A DNA stretch of 64,000 bases from Camelus dromedarius (taxonomy: Eukaryota). The notes beneath the pieces were generated by a model, which worked only from the letters and a program-made list of their open reading frames with translations, was not told the origin of the DNA and did no database searches. Positions 1 to 12,299 of the stretch are shown here, piece after piece. Within the stretch, counting starts at the first letter, position 1. Each line of letters opens with the position of its first letter. Both the position numbers and the translations under genes were made by a program. Location: assembly GCF_036321535.1 (NCBI RefSeq), contig NC_087436.1:86802001-86866000 (forward strand), in the 5' to 3' direction.

Positions 1-459
1 ATTTTATGTGATTACTGATAATACAGAAACTAATTACATCTCATAGTGATAAAATGGATCTTTTCATAGGACAAATATTCTACTTTTATGTCTTTCAAGG
101 AAACAAATAAAATTGTGTTCCAGTAGCTACAGTTAAATGAAGTTTATCTCATTGGAAAATTTGACTTTAAAAACAGAAAAGGGTAGAAAATTGTTTAAAA
201 TATTCTGTAAGCTGTTGGGACTGTTCTTTTGTTAACTCTTTATTACTATCACTGGACTTGTGAAAAATAAAAAGGATTTTAATAAAAGAAGTAACAGCAT
301 AGGATGACTATCGTTCATTGAGTGTTGCAAAATTAATCAGATTCATCCACTGAACTTGGAGAACTAGGGCATAAAGGAAACCATGAATATAGCTTGTTAG
401 GGACCCAGGGAACCTCAGAAATTAGCATTCTCGTTTGAGCCTTTTATTTTGCAGAATAG

Positions 460-690
460 TGTGGAATCATGGTTTCATAGTGGGATTTTGGAGTTCACAG
501 GGACCTGGGTTCAAATCTTCATTTATTAGCTATGTGATTTGGGCAAATTATTTCATCTCTTTAAGAATCAGCTTTCTCACTTTTGAAGTGGGTCAATGAT
601 GCTTATCCTGGAGGGTTGTTCTTCAATGAGATAATATAGTCATATTGCCTATGACAGTGAGTTCTCAATAAATGAAAATAATAACATTAA
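460..690 (+). mobile_element. MIR SINE relic
   Basis: gacctgggttcaaatc...tagctatgtgatttgggcaaattatt...ctcaataaatg follows the MIR consensus. Confidence 0.8.
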
Positions 691-1199
691 TGATATTTAT
701 AAGGAGATGTAAAGCCCCAGAAAGATGAACTGAATTACCCAAGGTCACAGAAACAGCCTATGGCACTTTGAATGTTAGTTCTAAACTCTAAACCTTGCCC
801 TCCTTTTTATTAGTAATCAGATGTTAGGCAAAGGGCTTCATTTTGTCTCAGTTTTATCAGTCATAAAATAGCTAGAGGCCATTTCTCCTTCTTTCTTTCC
901 CGAGGATATAATGAACATCAAATAAGAGTTAATAATACCTCAGGGTAATTTAGACTTTAGTTTTTTGTCTTTTCAGTTATATAAATATGTATAGAATGAT
1001 TTAAAATTCAGCAAAATCTTTTTAGAAACATTTAAAGAAGAAACTTGAATAAAAGTGGGACATGATTGGCATTGTATCACAGGGGACTGTCAGTGACTAA
1101 CGGTGACCTCCAAGGGGTATAGTATGATATTGTTTAAAACAAAAACTGGGCAAAATCCTAAGAGGAAACTTTACCTGCATCTTGAGTTAATGTGGATCT

Positions 1200-1350
1200 A
1201 CTTTACTCTTCACTCTGTTTCATTCTGTTCTTTATAGGCCCACATGTGAATTTAAAGAGGGAATAGAGGATGTATAAAGATTTGAAAAGAAAACTAACAT
1301 GAAAAGTTTAAAATAATTGATATTCTACATCATGGGTTTGCCTTGATGAT
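1200..1350 (+). mobile_element. Possible CR1/L3 LINE relic
   Basis: Weak resemblance to the CR1 ORF2 C-terminal region; very degraded. Confidence 0.35.
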
Positions 1351-1879
1351 TTGCATTGTATATGCATGGCATGGTATAGTAGAAAGATTGCTGGCTCAGA
1401 AACTGGTTGCTTGGGTCCTGGTTTTGCCATTTATAGATTGAAGGTAGTTAAGTAACTCAGTTGGCTTCTCTGAGGCTCTTTTTTTTTTTTAAATACTCAA
1501 ATGCAGCATTTACAAAAATCTTTATCATGGAAAATTTCCAAATTATACAGAAGAATAGAGAATATTATAATAGCTCCCCCCAGAGAGCCATCACTCAGAT
1601 TCAGTAGTGATCAATTTACGGCCAACCTATTTTACCTGCAACTCCCCAATTTGGCTAGATTATTTTTTCCCCTTTTTTTTCATTTTTCAGTTTTATTAGG
1701 TAAAATTGTTATAACTTGACTGCACATATACAATGCATTGAATGTAAATACATACACACAATATACTGCATATATTTTAAAAATTTACATATATGTACTG
1801 TTCATTGTTTCTAAGAATGTTTAGAGCTTTAGCTTTTTAAACTTACATAGTTATCAAAGGAATAAAGCCAACCACAAAA

Positions 1880-2058
1880 GAAGAATTAATTCAAAAAGAT
1901 AACATACACCCTGCTATTAACAGCAACATTATTTATAATTGCCAAGATATGGAAACATCGTAAGTGCACATCAATAGATGAATAGATAAAGAAGATGCAG
2001 TATATATAATGGAATACAACTCACCCATAAGAAAGAAGGATATTTTGCCATTTGCAGC
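1880..2058 (+). mobile_element. L1 ORF2 3'-terminal fragment
   Basis: gcaacattatttataattgccaagatatggaaac...gccatttgcagc is similar to 30500-30672 of the full-length L1. Confidence 0.85.
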
Positions 2059-2121
2059 TTTTCATTCACTTTTTTTTTCCACTTCAAAAACCAGAATTTT
2101 ATAACTGGCATAAACATTTTC

Positions 2122-2420
2122 ATTGCATCAAAAACAACAAAATACCTAGAAATAAACTTAACCAAGGAGGTTACCTATATTCTGAAAACTGTAAAACACT
2201 GATGAAGGAAATTGAAGATGATACAAAGAAATGGAAAGATATCTTGTGCTCTTCGATTGGAAGAATCAACATTATCAAATGGCCATACTACCCAATCAAT
2301 CTACAGATCCAAAGCAACTCCTGTGTCAAAGTACTCACAACATTTTTCACAGAACTAGAAAAAACAATTCCAAAATTTATATAGAATCATAAAAGACACT
2401 GAACTGCCAAAGCAATCTTT
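2122..2420 (+). pseudogene. L1 ORF2 internal fragment, opposite in orientation to the adjacent ORF1 piece
   Basis: LYSENCKTLMKEIEDDTKKWKDILCSSIGRINIIK is the post-RT region of ORF2p; compare 29260-29562. Confidence 0.9.
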
Positions 2421-2985
2421 TGTAGGTTTTTTTCTTCTTCTTCTTCTTTTTATTCTTTTTGTTCTCTTTTCTTATGGTTTGATGACTAGAGAAGTTCCTT
2501 TAACATTTGTTGTAAAGCTGGTTTGGTGGTGCTGAATTCTTCTAGCTTTTGTTTATCTTTGAAGCTTTTGATCTCTCCATCAAATCTGAATGAAAGCCTT
2601 GCTGGATAGAGTATTTCTGGTTGTAGGTTTTTCCCTTTCATCACTTTAAATATATTGTGCCACTCCCTTCTGGCCTGCAGAGTTTCTGCTGAAAAATCAA
2701 CTGATAACCTTATGTGAATTCCCTTGTATGTTATTTGTTGTTTTTCTCTTGCTAATTTTAATATTTTCTCCTTATCGTTAATTGTCAATTTGATGACTAC
2801 GTGCCTACGTGTGTTCCTCTTTGGGTTAATCCTGTGTGGAACTCTCTGCGCTTCTTGGACTTGGGTGACTATTTCCTTTCCTAAGTTGGGGAAGTTTTCA
2901 GTAATTATCTTTTCAAAAATTTTCTTAGGTTATTTCTCTCTCTCTTCTCTTTTTGGGACCCCTATAGTGCGAATATTAGTGTACT
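2420..2985 (-). pseudogene. L1 ORF1 C-terminal fragment plus start of the inter-ORF spacer
   Basis: ORF 2486..2788(-) KEKILKLAREKQQITYKGIHIRLSVDFSAETLQARREW...YPARLSF is the ORF1p RRM/CTD region. Confidence 0.92.
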
Positions 2986-3984
2986 TCTGAGGCTCTTTAA
3001 ATTGAGGCAGTGATAGTGGCTTAGCTCATGAGGTGAGAATCATGTGAGATCTAAGAAATTATTCTGTAAATTCTGAAATGTTTCCAGAATGGAATGTAGG
3101 GATATTATTCAAGAGTATTTTTTAATATTACATTTTATTTACCTTTTAAAAACTCTTCCTTAAGTTGGCCATGAAGAAAAGAAATAAACTGGTTTTGGGT
3201 GGGCCCAATTATTAAAAAGATGTTCATCTGTTCCAGAATTTAATAGAAAAGACTAAGCAAGACAAAGTTGGTTTACAGTAGAGCACAAAGGGTTTAGATT
3301 AGGTGTAAATAGTATCTAAAAGCAGTTTGACTTGTTTGAGACCGTAGCGTTTTTCTCAAGCATACTATAAAATTCTCTTCAGATGCCTTCAAAACTAGAA
3401 ATAGATTTTCATCTGTTTGTGTTGGGTTAGGTGGTATCCTGCTGAAGACGTAAAGATGACTAACATTACTTCTGATGTTCACTTCTACCCAGAAGTTGTA
3501 CATCCACTTTATAAGGCAGTCTGGAAACTTAGCACCTGAACTCTTCATAAAAGTAACAATTGTAGTTTTAAAAAAACCAGAATTTCAATATTGTTAAATT
3601 GATGAAGTAAGCAGCTAGCATCAAAGTCATTTCTTAAAAATCTTTGTATGAAGACTTCAGCTCCCCATAGCTTTGAGTCTCTAATCTGTAGCAAAGCCTC
3701 TTATTTTATTCCTGAAAATCAAAATTCTTTACATCAAACCATCATATATCGAGGGATTGCTTGAGTTAGAGTTTCCCATGTATTTCATAATGAATTCTGC
3801 ATTATATATTGTTGACCTTTTCCTACCAAAAAATGAAGCTACTGACAGTGGTTATCCATATGTGCATGTAAGTACATGGAAGAGACTAATGTACTTCTAA
3901 AACAGCCTTCCCTCTATATCTTATGAGAAGATTCTGACCATTGATTTTTTTATTACTAATACTACCGCTGCCACTACTGCCATG

Positions 3985-4215
3985 CTGATTGGGCACTTAT
4001 GTGCCAAGATTGTTCTAGGTGCTCTAGATTTACGAGCACATTCACTTCTCATAACAATACACTGAATATGTCCTGTTACCATCCCCAGATAACAGAGGAG
4101 GAAACGTGTATTGAGAGGCTAAGTAACTCTCCACAGGGACACAGAGCCAGCAAGTGGCACAACCAGAACCTTCATTGCTGGGTTCCAGAACCCATGCTTC
4201 TCCCAGTCTACACTG
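3985..4215 (-). mobile_element. MIR
   Basis: ccccagataacagaggaggaaacgtg...taactctccacagggacacacagagccagcaagtggca matches the antisense MIR core. Confidence 0.8.
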
Positions 4216-5059
4216 CTACGACCACTAGTCCACGACACTGGCCCTGTTGTGATAGCCCTCTGTGCACTGCTTATTCCCTCATTAGGAAAACTGAGAGTTT
4301 GTACAGTTGGAGAGGGTAAAGAATTATGTAAAATACACTATCATGATTCTAGTGTGGATTTCAATGACATTTTTCTTGACTTACAAAATTGGATATCAGG
4401 AATTGACGTCATGTGAGACTTCAGTAGTGTGAAATGTCTATTGGATCAACTTTTATAAGCGTATTAGAGAAAGGCAGCAATTAACTCCTGTACTCGGCTC
4501 AGATGCTGATAGAGGAGTGCGTGTGTAAAACACCAAGCAGCAGTAAGAGTGACTTGGTGAGGAAGTGGGCGCAGGACACAGCTCTGCTGCCAGTTCTGCC
4601 AGTTAGTACAACTTTGATCTTCTTCAGTGCTGGTTATTCAGAGAACCAGAATTAGTTCATGAATGTTAGCTTGGTAAACTTAAAATGACCATGTGTGATG
4701 TAGGGTATGGTGTGTTTAGGAAACTGGGATGGAAAGTGGACATTAGCAACTGTCACATCTAGACATTCAGAATTGTTTATATCAACAAAACAATTTTCAT
4801 GACCTGGTTCTGCATCAGTGTTAGACACCATAGAAGCTATGTATTTCTTCTAAATGTTTTAATAGAAAAGAGGCAGAGAGTACAAGCCCCACGTGACTTC
4901 GGTATTGGTGCACAAGTCAGGATTATATGAAAAATTACTCAATGTAATTAAGTGGGTTTATTTAATATATTACCAGCCCTTGAACATATTAAATTTTGAG
5001 CCAGTCTCTTCCATAGCAGTAGTAATGATAGTAACAACCAGAACAGCAACCATACAACT

Positions 5060-5650
5060 GCTCATATTTACAGTGAATTGAGAAAGTGCTTTATGTATAA
5101 TAAGCATCGTTTTATTTAACCCTCATGACCACCCTGTGAGGTGGTCACTACGTTACTTCCATCTCACAGATGAGGAAATAGAGGAAAAGAGAGGATTGGT
5201 TACATGCATGAGGTTACAGAACTAATGAACATTGTTCATTCAATATTTGTTGAGTATAATGGGCCTGGCACTGTTGTAGGTAGTGGGGAATTAGCAATGA
5301 GTATTAAAAAAGAAGTCTCTGCTTTCGTAGAAGGACCTTACCTTCTATGAGGGAGTTAGACAACAAACAGATAAACATGGAAACAAAATAAATCAGATGG
5401 TAATGAGGATTATTCAGGACAGTAACACCCCATAAGGGGGAAAGGGTGTGCTAGGATAAGGTGCTGAGATGGGCTGTCATCACTTTTACATGGGTAGTAA
5501 GAAGGGACCTCCTGGATAAAATGACATGTCAGCAGACACCTGAAGAGAGAGAGGGATATTTGTAGGAAGAGCATTCCTGGTAAAGGAAGGCAAGAGGTCC
5601 CTGTGCTTGGAGTGCCCAAAGAGGATTGGAGAGGCCAGGTCGCTGCTGTG
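5060..5650 (-). mobile_element. MIR (about 5060-5225) followed by an L2 3' end (about 5230-5650)
   Basis: catctcacagatgaggaaa is MIR-like; ttcattcaatatttgttgag...cctggcactgttgtagg is the L2 terminus in antisense. Confidence 0.75.
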
Positions 5651-6040
5651 GTGAAGGGAGAATGGTTGGAGTTTGAGCCCAGATTTATCTGACCCCAGAG
5701 CCCACATTTTAACCATTACACTAATCTGATGGGGCAACCACAGCATTACCTGACCTGCTGTGATCTTGGAGTCACTCTGTGTTATTCTCATGGGAAAGAG
5801 GAGGGCAGTAAAGTTCTACTTTAGAGGTTCTGTGTGTAGAATTGAGAGTATAGGAGAAGTCCCCGTGGTTTGGGGCGCTTTGGAGATAAAAGTAGGGAAT
5901 GATTGTGGATCATAAATTTGGGAAATTGGGAGGAGTGTAACTCCCCTGCTCACAGTTCTTTGGTGGTTCTCCATTGCCTTCAAAGCCTTATAGAAATTAA
6001 GTAACTCTCCTAAAGCCCCATAGCAAATAGACCTTGTTTT

Positions 6041-6426
6041 TAAAAAAATTCATTTTATATTGTAGTATAATTGATATACACTACTGTGTTAGTTTCAGGT
6101 GTATGGCAAAGTGATTCAGTTATATATATATATTTTCAGGTTATTTTCCTCATAGGTTATTACAAGATATTGAATATTGATCCCCATGTTACACAGCAAC
6201 TCCTTGTTGCATATCTATTTTATATATAGTAGTAATATATGTGTAATTATACGTGAGTACTAAGTAATAGTAATATGTATCTGTTAATCTCATGCTCCTA
6301 ATTTATTCCTCCCTCCTTTCCCTTTCCCCTTTGGTAACCATAAATTTGTTTGCTATGTCCATGAGTCTGTGTCTGTTGTATAAATAGATTTATTTGTATT
6401 ATTTTTTAGATTCCCCATAGAAATGC
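6041..6426 (-). mobile_element. 5'-truncated L1 3' UTR
   Basis: agtataattgatatacac...ttagtttcaggtgta...ctttggtaaccataa...ttttagattcc. Degenerate TSD agacct(t/a)gtttt at 6029-6040 and 6427-6438. Confidence 0.88.
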
Positions 6427-6489
6427 AGACCTAGTTTTGAAAGATGATAAAGACTTTGTTTGTGACTGCTGAGCTGTGCTACCCTTCTG

Positions 6490-7075
6490 AGAATGTGAAA
6501 TCAATCACACCCTCTCTGGCTTCCCATCGCCTGCAGACCCAAGACTATGAGCCTTGGCAAGGAATGCAGGGCCCTCCTAGAGTAGCTTCCACCTTCTCTT
6601 TGGCACTCACTTCTGCTGCCCTTCCCCTTGCACCTTAGCCTGGAGCAAAACAGTGCTCCTTAGTATTATGTCCCTAGACCTTGCACCTTCTGAAATGTTC
6701 TTCCTCTTGTCTTGTGACTAAGATTTCCTATCTTTTGTGAAGACTTTCCTTACCATTCTCTTTCCTAGTTTGAGTTATACCTTCTTCCCTTGGCTGCTTT
6801 GGTATCTGTGTACTTGCTCGTCATTTCCAGTAGAGATCATTCTCTGGGTCCCTCCCCTCCCAGCCAGGATTGGAGCCCCTCCTCTGGGCTATCAGAGAAA
6901 TCTATGCTAGCATTGACCATGCTCTTACCACACATTTGTTGTTGTTGTTGTTAATTTCTTTGCTTATATGTTTGCCTCTTCTTCCAGACAATAAATTATT
7001 GAAATCGTGTGCCTTTTTTTTTTTCTATATGCCAACCACTGAGAATAGAGCTTGGCATGTAGTTTACATGCTCAT
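6490..7075 (+). mobile_element. L2 LINE relic
   Basis: tggcttcccatcgcc...cttggcatgtagtttacatgctca resembles the L2 3' region. Confidence 0.65.
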
Positions 7076-7978
7076 TTAAATTAAACTTAAAATATTAATT
7101 TTCATATTAATGATGACAGTTTTGATCAGATCAAAATAAGTGAAATATGTTGAGCAGTGATGTTAGTTCAACTCAGAAAAAATAGATTATAATAAAAACA
7201 ACTACTTAGCTAATGAAAGGTTATTATGTGCCAGACGTTAAATTCATTCTGAAGTACATTATTCCATTATTCCAAATCAAATTCAAACATTAAAGGTATA
7301 CTTTATTAGGTTTGATTTTAAAGCTAAACTTAATATCTTGTTAGATACAACTTTTAAGACTAAACGTTTAAAAATGCATTGATTTTCAAACTATCGCTAA
7401 CTGGATAGTGGGAGATGTTACTGGGGCTTTAAGTGGAGGAAAATATCCTTAAAAAAGGGACACAAGTCATCTTTGTTCCTTTATACTCAGTTTGTAAAAC
7501 GTCACTACAGATGTGTATACTTGGCTCCATGCAGAGCTCTTCCGGAAAGAACACTGTACTCATTGATGACTGGGATGTGGCATGTTGGGTGAGACAGAGG
7601 GCTGTTGGAGAAGTGAGCCCAGATGAGACCATGCATAATGCAGTGCTTCGTGCTGTTATCAACGGTTAATTGTAAAGGCTTCAGCAGTGCCTTCCTTCCA
7701 ACCTACGGCCCAAAGTGGGCTACTTAAGGCCATGGTTACTTAGCCTAATTCCTGATATTCATTCACTAGGAAACCTACTCATTAGGAATTCTATTGAGTA
7801 ATTTTTGAATGGGAATTCTCATTGCAGGTTGCTTTGTATTTCTCAGACAAGTATATTATCTAAGACTCATATGCTTTTAATCAGTGATACATCATTTCTG
7901 GATGTGTATTTAATTTATGGCTTATATAACATTTATATATTACTCTAGCAATGTTCAATCATATTCTGAAATACTTTT

Positions 7979-8198
7979 TTTTCTTTTCTTTTTTTCTTTT
8001 CTAACAGTGTTCTCTCTGATGAGAATTTTTTTTTAATCTTTTATTTAAAAATTGAAGTATAGTTTATAATGTGTCAATTTCTGGTACACAGCATAATGTT
8101 TCAGTCATACATGTACATACATATATTTCTTTTCATGTTCTTTTTCATTATAAGTTACTATAAGATATTAAGTACAGTTCCTTGTGCTATGCAGTATA
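7979..8198 (-). mobile_element. Short L1 3' end with 12-bp TSD and an apparent short 3' transduction
   Basis: TSD tgaaatactttt at 7967-7978 and 8199-8210, followed by aaaa. L1 terminus aattgaagtatag at about 8050. Confidence 0.88.
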
Positions 8199-8510
8199 TG
8201 AAATACTTTTAAAAGCAAATTCTCAAAAAAATTTATTGTACAGTTTTCCCACACTTCTCGTAGCATTGTTTAGCTCCTCTGCCTACCCCTTTTTTTGGCT
8301 TGATTTTATTGTCTCCTTAATATCTTAATATTTTGTGCTGATTAAAGTGGATTAGCTATTCTTTACTTAACCCTATAACTTAGAATCTGTCAGTAGGAAA
8401 GATTACGTTCATGCTCAAAAAAGATAAATTTAAGAAATTATTTTGCTTGCCATCCTTTTCATTATCTAGTAGAAATGTACTCTGAAGCTCTTTTTGTGGT
8501 TTTATTGCAG

Positions 8511-8638
8511 TGACCCCGCAGCTAAAACCCTGTGGGAAGCTTTATTGAACACCAGGCACAAAGAGGCAGTGATGGAAGTCCGGAGACATCTAGTGGAAGC
8601 AGCAAGCAGAGAAAACCTGCCAATCAAGATGAGTATGG
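8511..8638 (+). CDS. SCFD2: SCFD2 internal coding exon (128 bp, probably exon 3)
   Basis: Acceptor ttttattgcag|, donor |gtaagt. Translates (x)DPAAKTLWEALLNTRHKEAVMEVRRHLVEAASRENLPIKMSM(G), which I recognise as SCFD2. Ends in phase 1, matching the next exon. Exon number is from recall. Confidence 0.95.
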
Positions 8639-9744
8639 GTAAGTTATGGCTTCACCGGGATAGGCAGTGACTGCCAGCCCTGAGGAAGTTCATTTAAGCC
8701 TGCTCTGAATTGTGGGTCAACCTAACCAGCATGGCATCGAAGTAAAAGTATTAAAGACATTTGTCAACTGTTGAAAGAGTAGGGAAGGAATTTGTACCCA
8801 TGCCCTCGGGGCTCAGCCATGACCTCTTTTCTTAGGCTCAACTTTGGGAAGCCCGGGAGAGTCCTCGCTTATAGAGTCCTTCTGTTAGTTATTTGATCTA
8901 GAACTATCAAAATTGGTCTGAACTCCCTCCCCTTCATTCTATTCCACTCCTCCTCCCTACTCTTATGTTTTCTTAACCCCTTTTCCCCACCTATGGATAA
9001 AAGATCTTTATTGGTTTTGAATTGATGAATGAAGGACTATGTTGACAAATCAGTTGAGCAGATGGACGTGTTGTATCCCAGCCCCTCACCCTTAGAGTGG
9101 TCTGCTGATTGTCTGGTCACACCAGTGTTACCCCTTCTTCACCAGGGCATCACATACATCATTTTTCTCATTTCTCTTTTTTTTTTTTTCACATGTGGCT
9201 TTGTCTTCAGTATTAAGAAGAATGGGTCTGCAGGAATATAAGCTTTAAATGGCTTTTTTCTTTTGATTAAAAAGTCAGAGAACTAATGTTTTGATTTGAG
9301 AAAAGGAATCTGGTGTTTTGCTTTTTAAAATTACATAATTTTATTAATATGGAAATATTTAAATATGAATATTGAATCTGGTGAATAGGAAGAATTTATT
9401 TCTGGAATCTTATAAAAGTTTATCTATTTTAAACGTTAGATTTCTTTTATAATCTACTGTTAGGTATCCAATAATTATGAGTACATTTTACTAGATGAGG
9501 AAATTTTTCTTGGCTGAGATTCCTAGCCCAAGTTCCTGATTACTTGTGAGTACAAAAAAAAACACAAAAAACTGTCAAGTTACTAGAAGAACAAAATTTT
9601 GGAAGTAAAAGAATGTGGATGAGCCTAGAAGGAAAAAAGTTACAGAGTCATAATATGAAAAAAATCGTAACTTTCAGTGTGTTAGGTGACAATATATGAG
9701 GACTTTAAGGAACATGAAGGATGATAAGAAAAGTGAAAATAACT

Positions 9745-9930
9745 AAAATTTATTGAGCACTTACAATGTGCCAGGTCTTCTTCTAAGTATTTACATGAGT
9801 TATCTTACTTAATCTTCAGGGTAATTCTATGAGACAGGTACTGTGAGTATCCCATTTTTCAGATAAAGAAACTGGAATAGAGAAAAATTAAATTGTCCGA
9901 AGCTGTACATCTGCTAAATCTAGAGTTCTG
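9745..9930 (-). mobile_element. MIR
   Basis: tttattgagcacttacaatgtgccagg...cccatttttcagataaagaaactg. Confidence 0.8.
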
Positions 9931-12299
9931 ATGTAAGAAAATATGCTCTTTATTTATAAAATCATCCTAATTCCATACAACCATTGCCAGAAGTCCTTCA
10001 TGTTGTTTTGGAATAGAAATAAAGTTGTTACTTTGAGACCACCCAGACATTTGACTATAGTTCTAGTTTCTCTTACCTTCTCTCTCTCTCTCTCTTTTTC
10101 TCCCTCCCTGCATTCACTTCCTTCTTTTCTTTTTTCTTTCCTTTCTACAGTTCTAGGTGCACATTAATAACAAGTGTGTTTACCTTAAGAAGTTCCTTAT
10201 CCATGAATATGTTGAAATAAGAACTAATTCATATTGTGCATAAAGAAAAGTAGGAATGCACAAAGGGTCTGGTGATAAGGTTAATTTATATTGCATTTCA
10301 GTGATAAAACCTTATGATGCTGTCACAGAGCATAAATCAATTTTTATTGCTCAGTGCAGGACTCCTGAAAGATCAACACACTTTACATTTCTAAAGGTCT
10401 GTATCTTTTAAAAATAATCAAAGACAGAAGAGAAAAAAAAAGTGGGTAACCCCATAAGGAATTCAATTTAAATATTTGAGTTTTCTGTCGACCAAAAAAA
10501 ATTTAGATAAGATGGTTTGATTTATCCCCTAACTCCAGACATGGGGGAGGGTGAGGAGAGAAAAAAGAAGAAGGAAAGAATCAGACAATTGTTAGCAAAC
10601 TTTTGTTGTATGAAGGACCAAAAAGATTGGCCCAGATCACACTCTATCCATGTGCCAACTGTAATTTAGTAAAAGATAACGCACTGTGGCTATTTATTTC
10701 TGCTTCATATCACGGGTCAGAATTTCTGGCATGTCTCATTTCTGTATGCTAACAGATACATAACCATGAACAGTAAGGAAAAGAGCTGGAATTTAAACAT
10801 AATAAAATATTGATATTTGAAAACTGCTTATCGTAAAAAAAAAATAATGTTCTGATATCCTAGATGGCTGGAATGCTTTTTCTAGCAGCATTTAAAACTA
10901 TGAAATGTACTTTAAACTATGCACTGTTCTCTCAACCCCTGCTATAAATTCTACTGAAGCACACATTTTTTTCTGACTGGAATAGAGCCTTCTGGTATTT
11001 TTGAGACATTAAGCAGATATTTTAATTCTAGATTGAAGATTTTTTTATATTTAAATTCACTGGGAGGGATCCCATGATTGAAACCTCAGATCTTAAATAT
11101 GAAATTTCCTAGTAAAAGGTAAGTTCATATTAAAATATCGTGAGCACCAAGAGAAATAAACATCATTCTCTTAGGGGAGAAAAGTTTAACTGCTGAAAGA
11201 AAGAACAAAATTCATTTTATCATTTCCCATATAAACATATGCCTTCTTTCCCAGAGCTTGTTATTAAATTGTCAGTTAGCTAAATAGATATGTTCCAGAA
11301 AAGTGATTTTTTAAAACATTGTAAACTGAACTGTATTTTTCCCACTGGCATTTCATCATGAAAAAATGTATTCTGAAAGTGAAAAATAGACTCTAAGAAA
11401 CCCATCTGTTTGGACCCAAAATGTTGACTCACAGAAGAAGTGAGTAGAGGGTGCCCATCTCAGTCTCTTCATTTTACAGAGAATCTGTTCCTCTGGACTA
11501 ACCCTGTGGTTTGGGATTTTCACCAGTTTGTCCCGTATCTCTCTGCAGAATGGCCATAATGGCTGGCAGAAAGATCCTGTTTGGGCTGAAGTGAAACAGA
11601 TCTCTTTATGACACTGTCCTTTGTTTTGCAGCCAGGTTTCTTGAAAGAGTATTCTATGCTTGACACCTCTATTTCTTTATTATTTTCTTGCTAATTAATC
11701 TAGCGTAGTATGGCTCCTGACACTTTTTTGCGGAAAGTCTCCTAGACTGCTATATGTAAGCATTTCTCTCAGGCCTCAGTTCTTTTTCAGTTCTTTGCAG
11801 TATTCACTACCAGACCATCACTACTTTCTTATACATCTCTCTAGGTTTTCTGTGACCTTAGACTCTCCGAATTGTGATGGAGTGTAAAGTCGGTTACACA
11901 TGAAGGACAATCACAGTTCTGTCACTTTTTAGCCAGATTTCAATTTATTTATCTGTAAAAACAGTGAAAATACCCATTTCCTGGAATTTTGAAGGAGAAA
12001 GAAACTCCGAGCAGAGCGAAGGTTATGATTATCAAGCAAACTGGAGCAGATGCGCTGCAGTTATGTTCTATCTGTGGGAAAATCTATGTGGGAACCATAT
12101 TATAGGAAGGTTGTTTGATGAGAGTAAAATCAGAACAAATCAAGTTAGATGATTTCCCCCTTTCTGGGAAATGTACTAATTCATTCTTTCCACTTAATTT
12201 ATCTTTTATAGTCTTTATACTGAATGTCTCCCTTTTGATAACATACTCTTTAAGCAAAATTCTAAATAGTTTTTCCATTTTCAGCTTAGTTATGATTAC

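Larger units (their letters stand above)
1482..2985 (-). mobile_element. Composite L1-mediated insertion with 13-bp TSD, interrupting a MIR
   Basis: tctgaggctcttt occurs at 1469-1481 and 2986-2998. T-run at 1479-1490. The right TSD ends ttt|aa. MIR-like sequence flanks both sides. Contains L1 fragments in both orientations. Confidence 0.8.
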
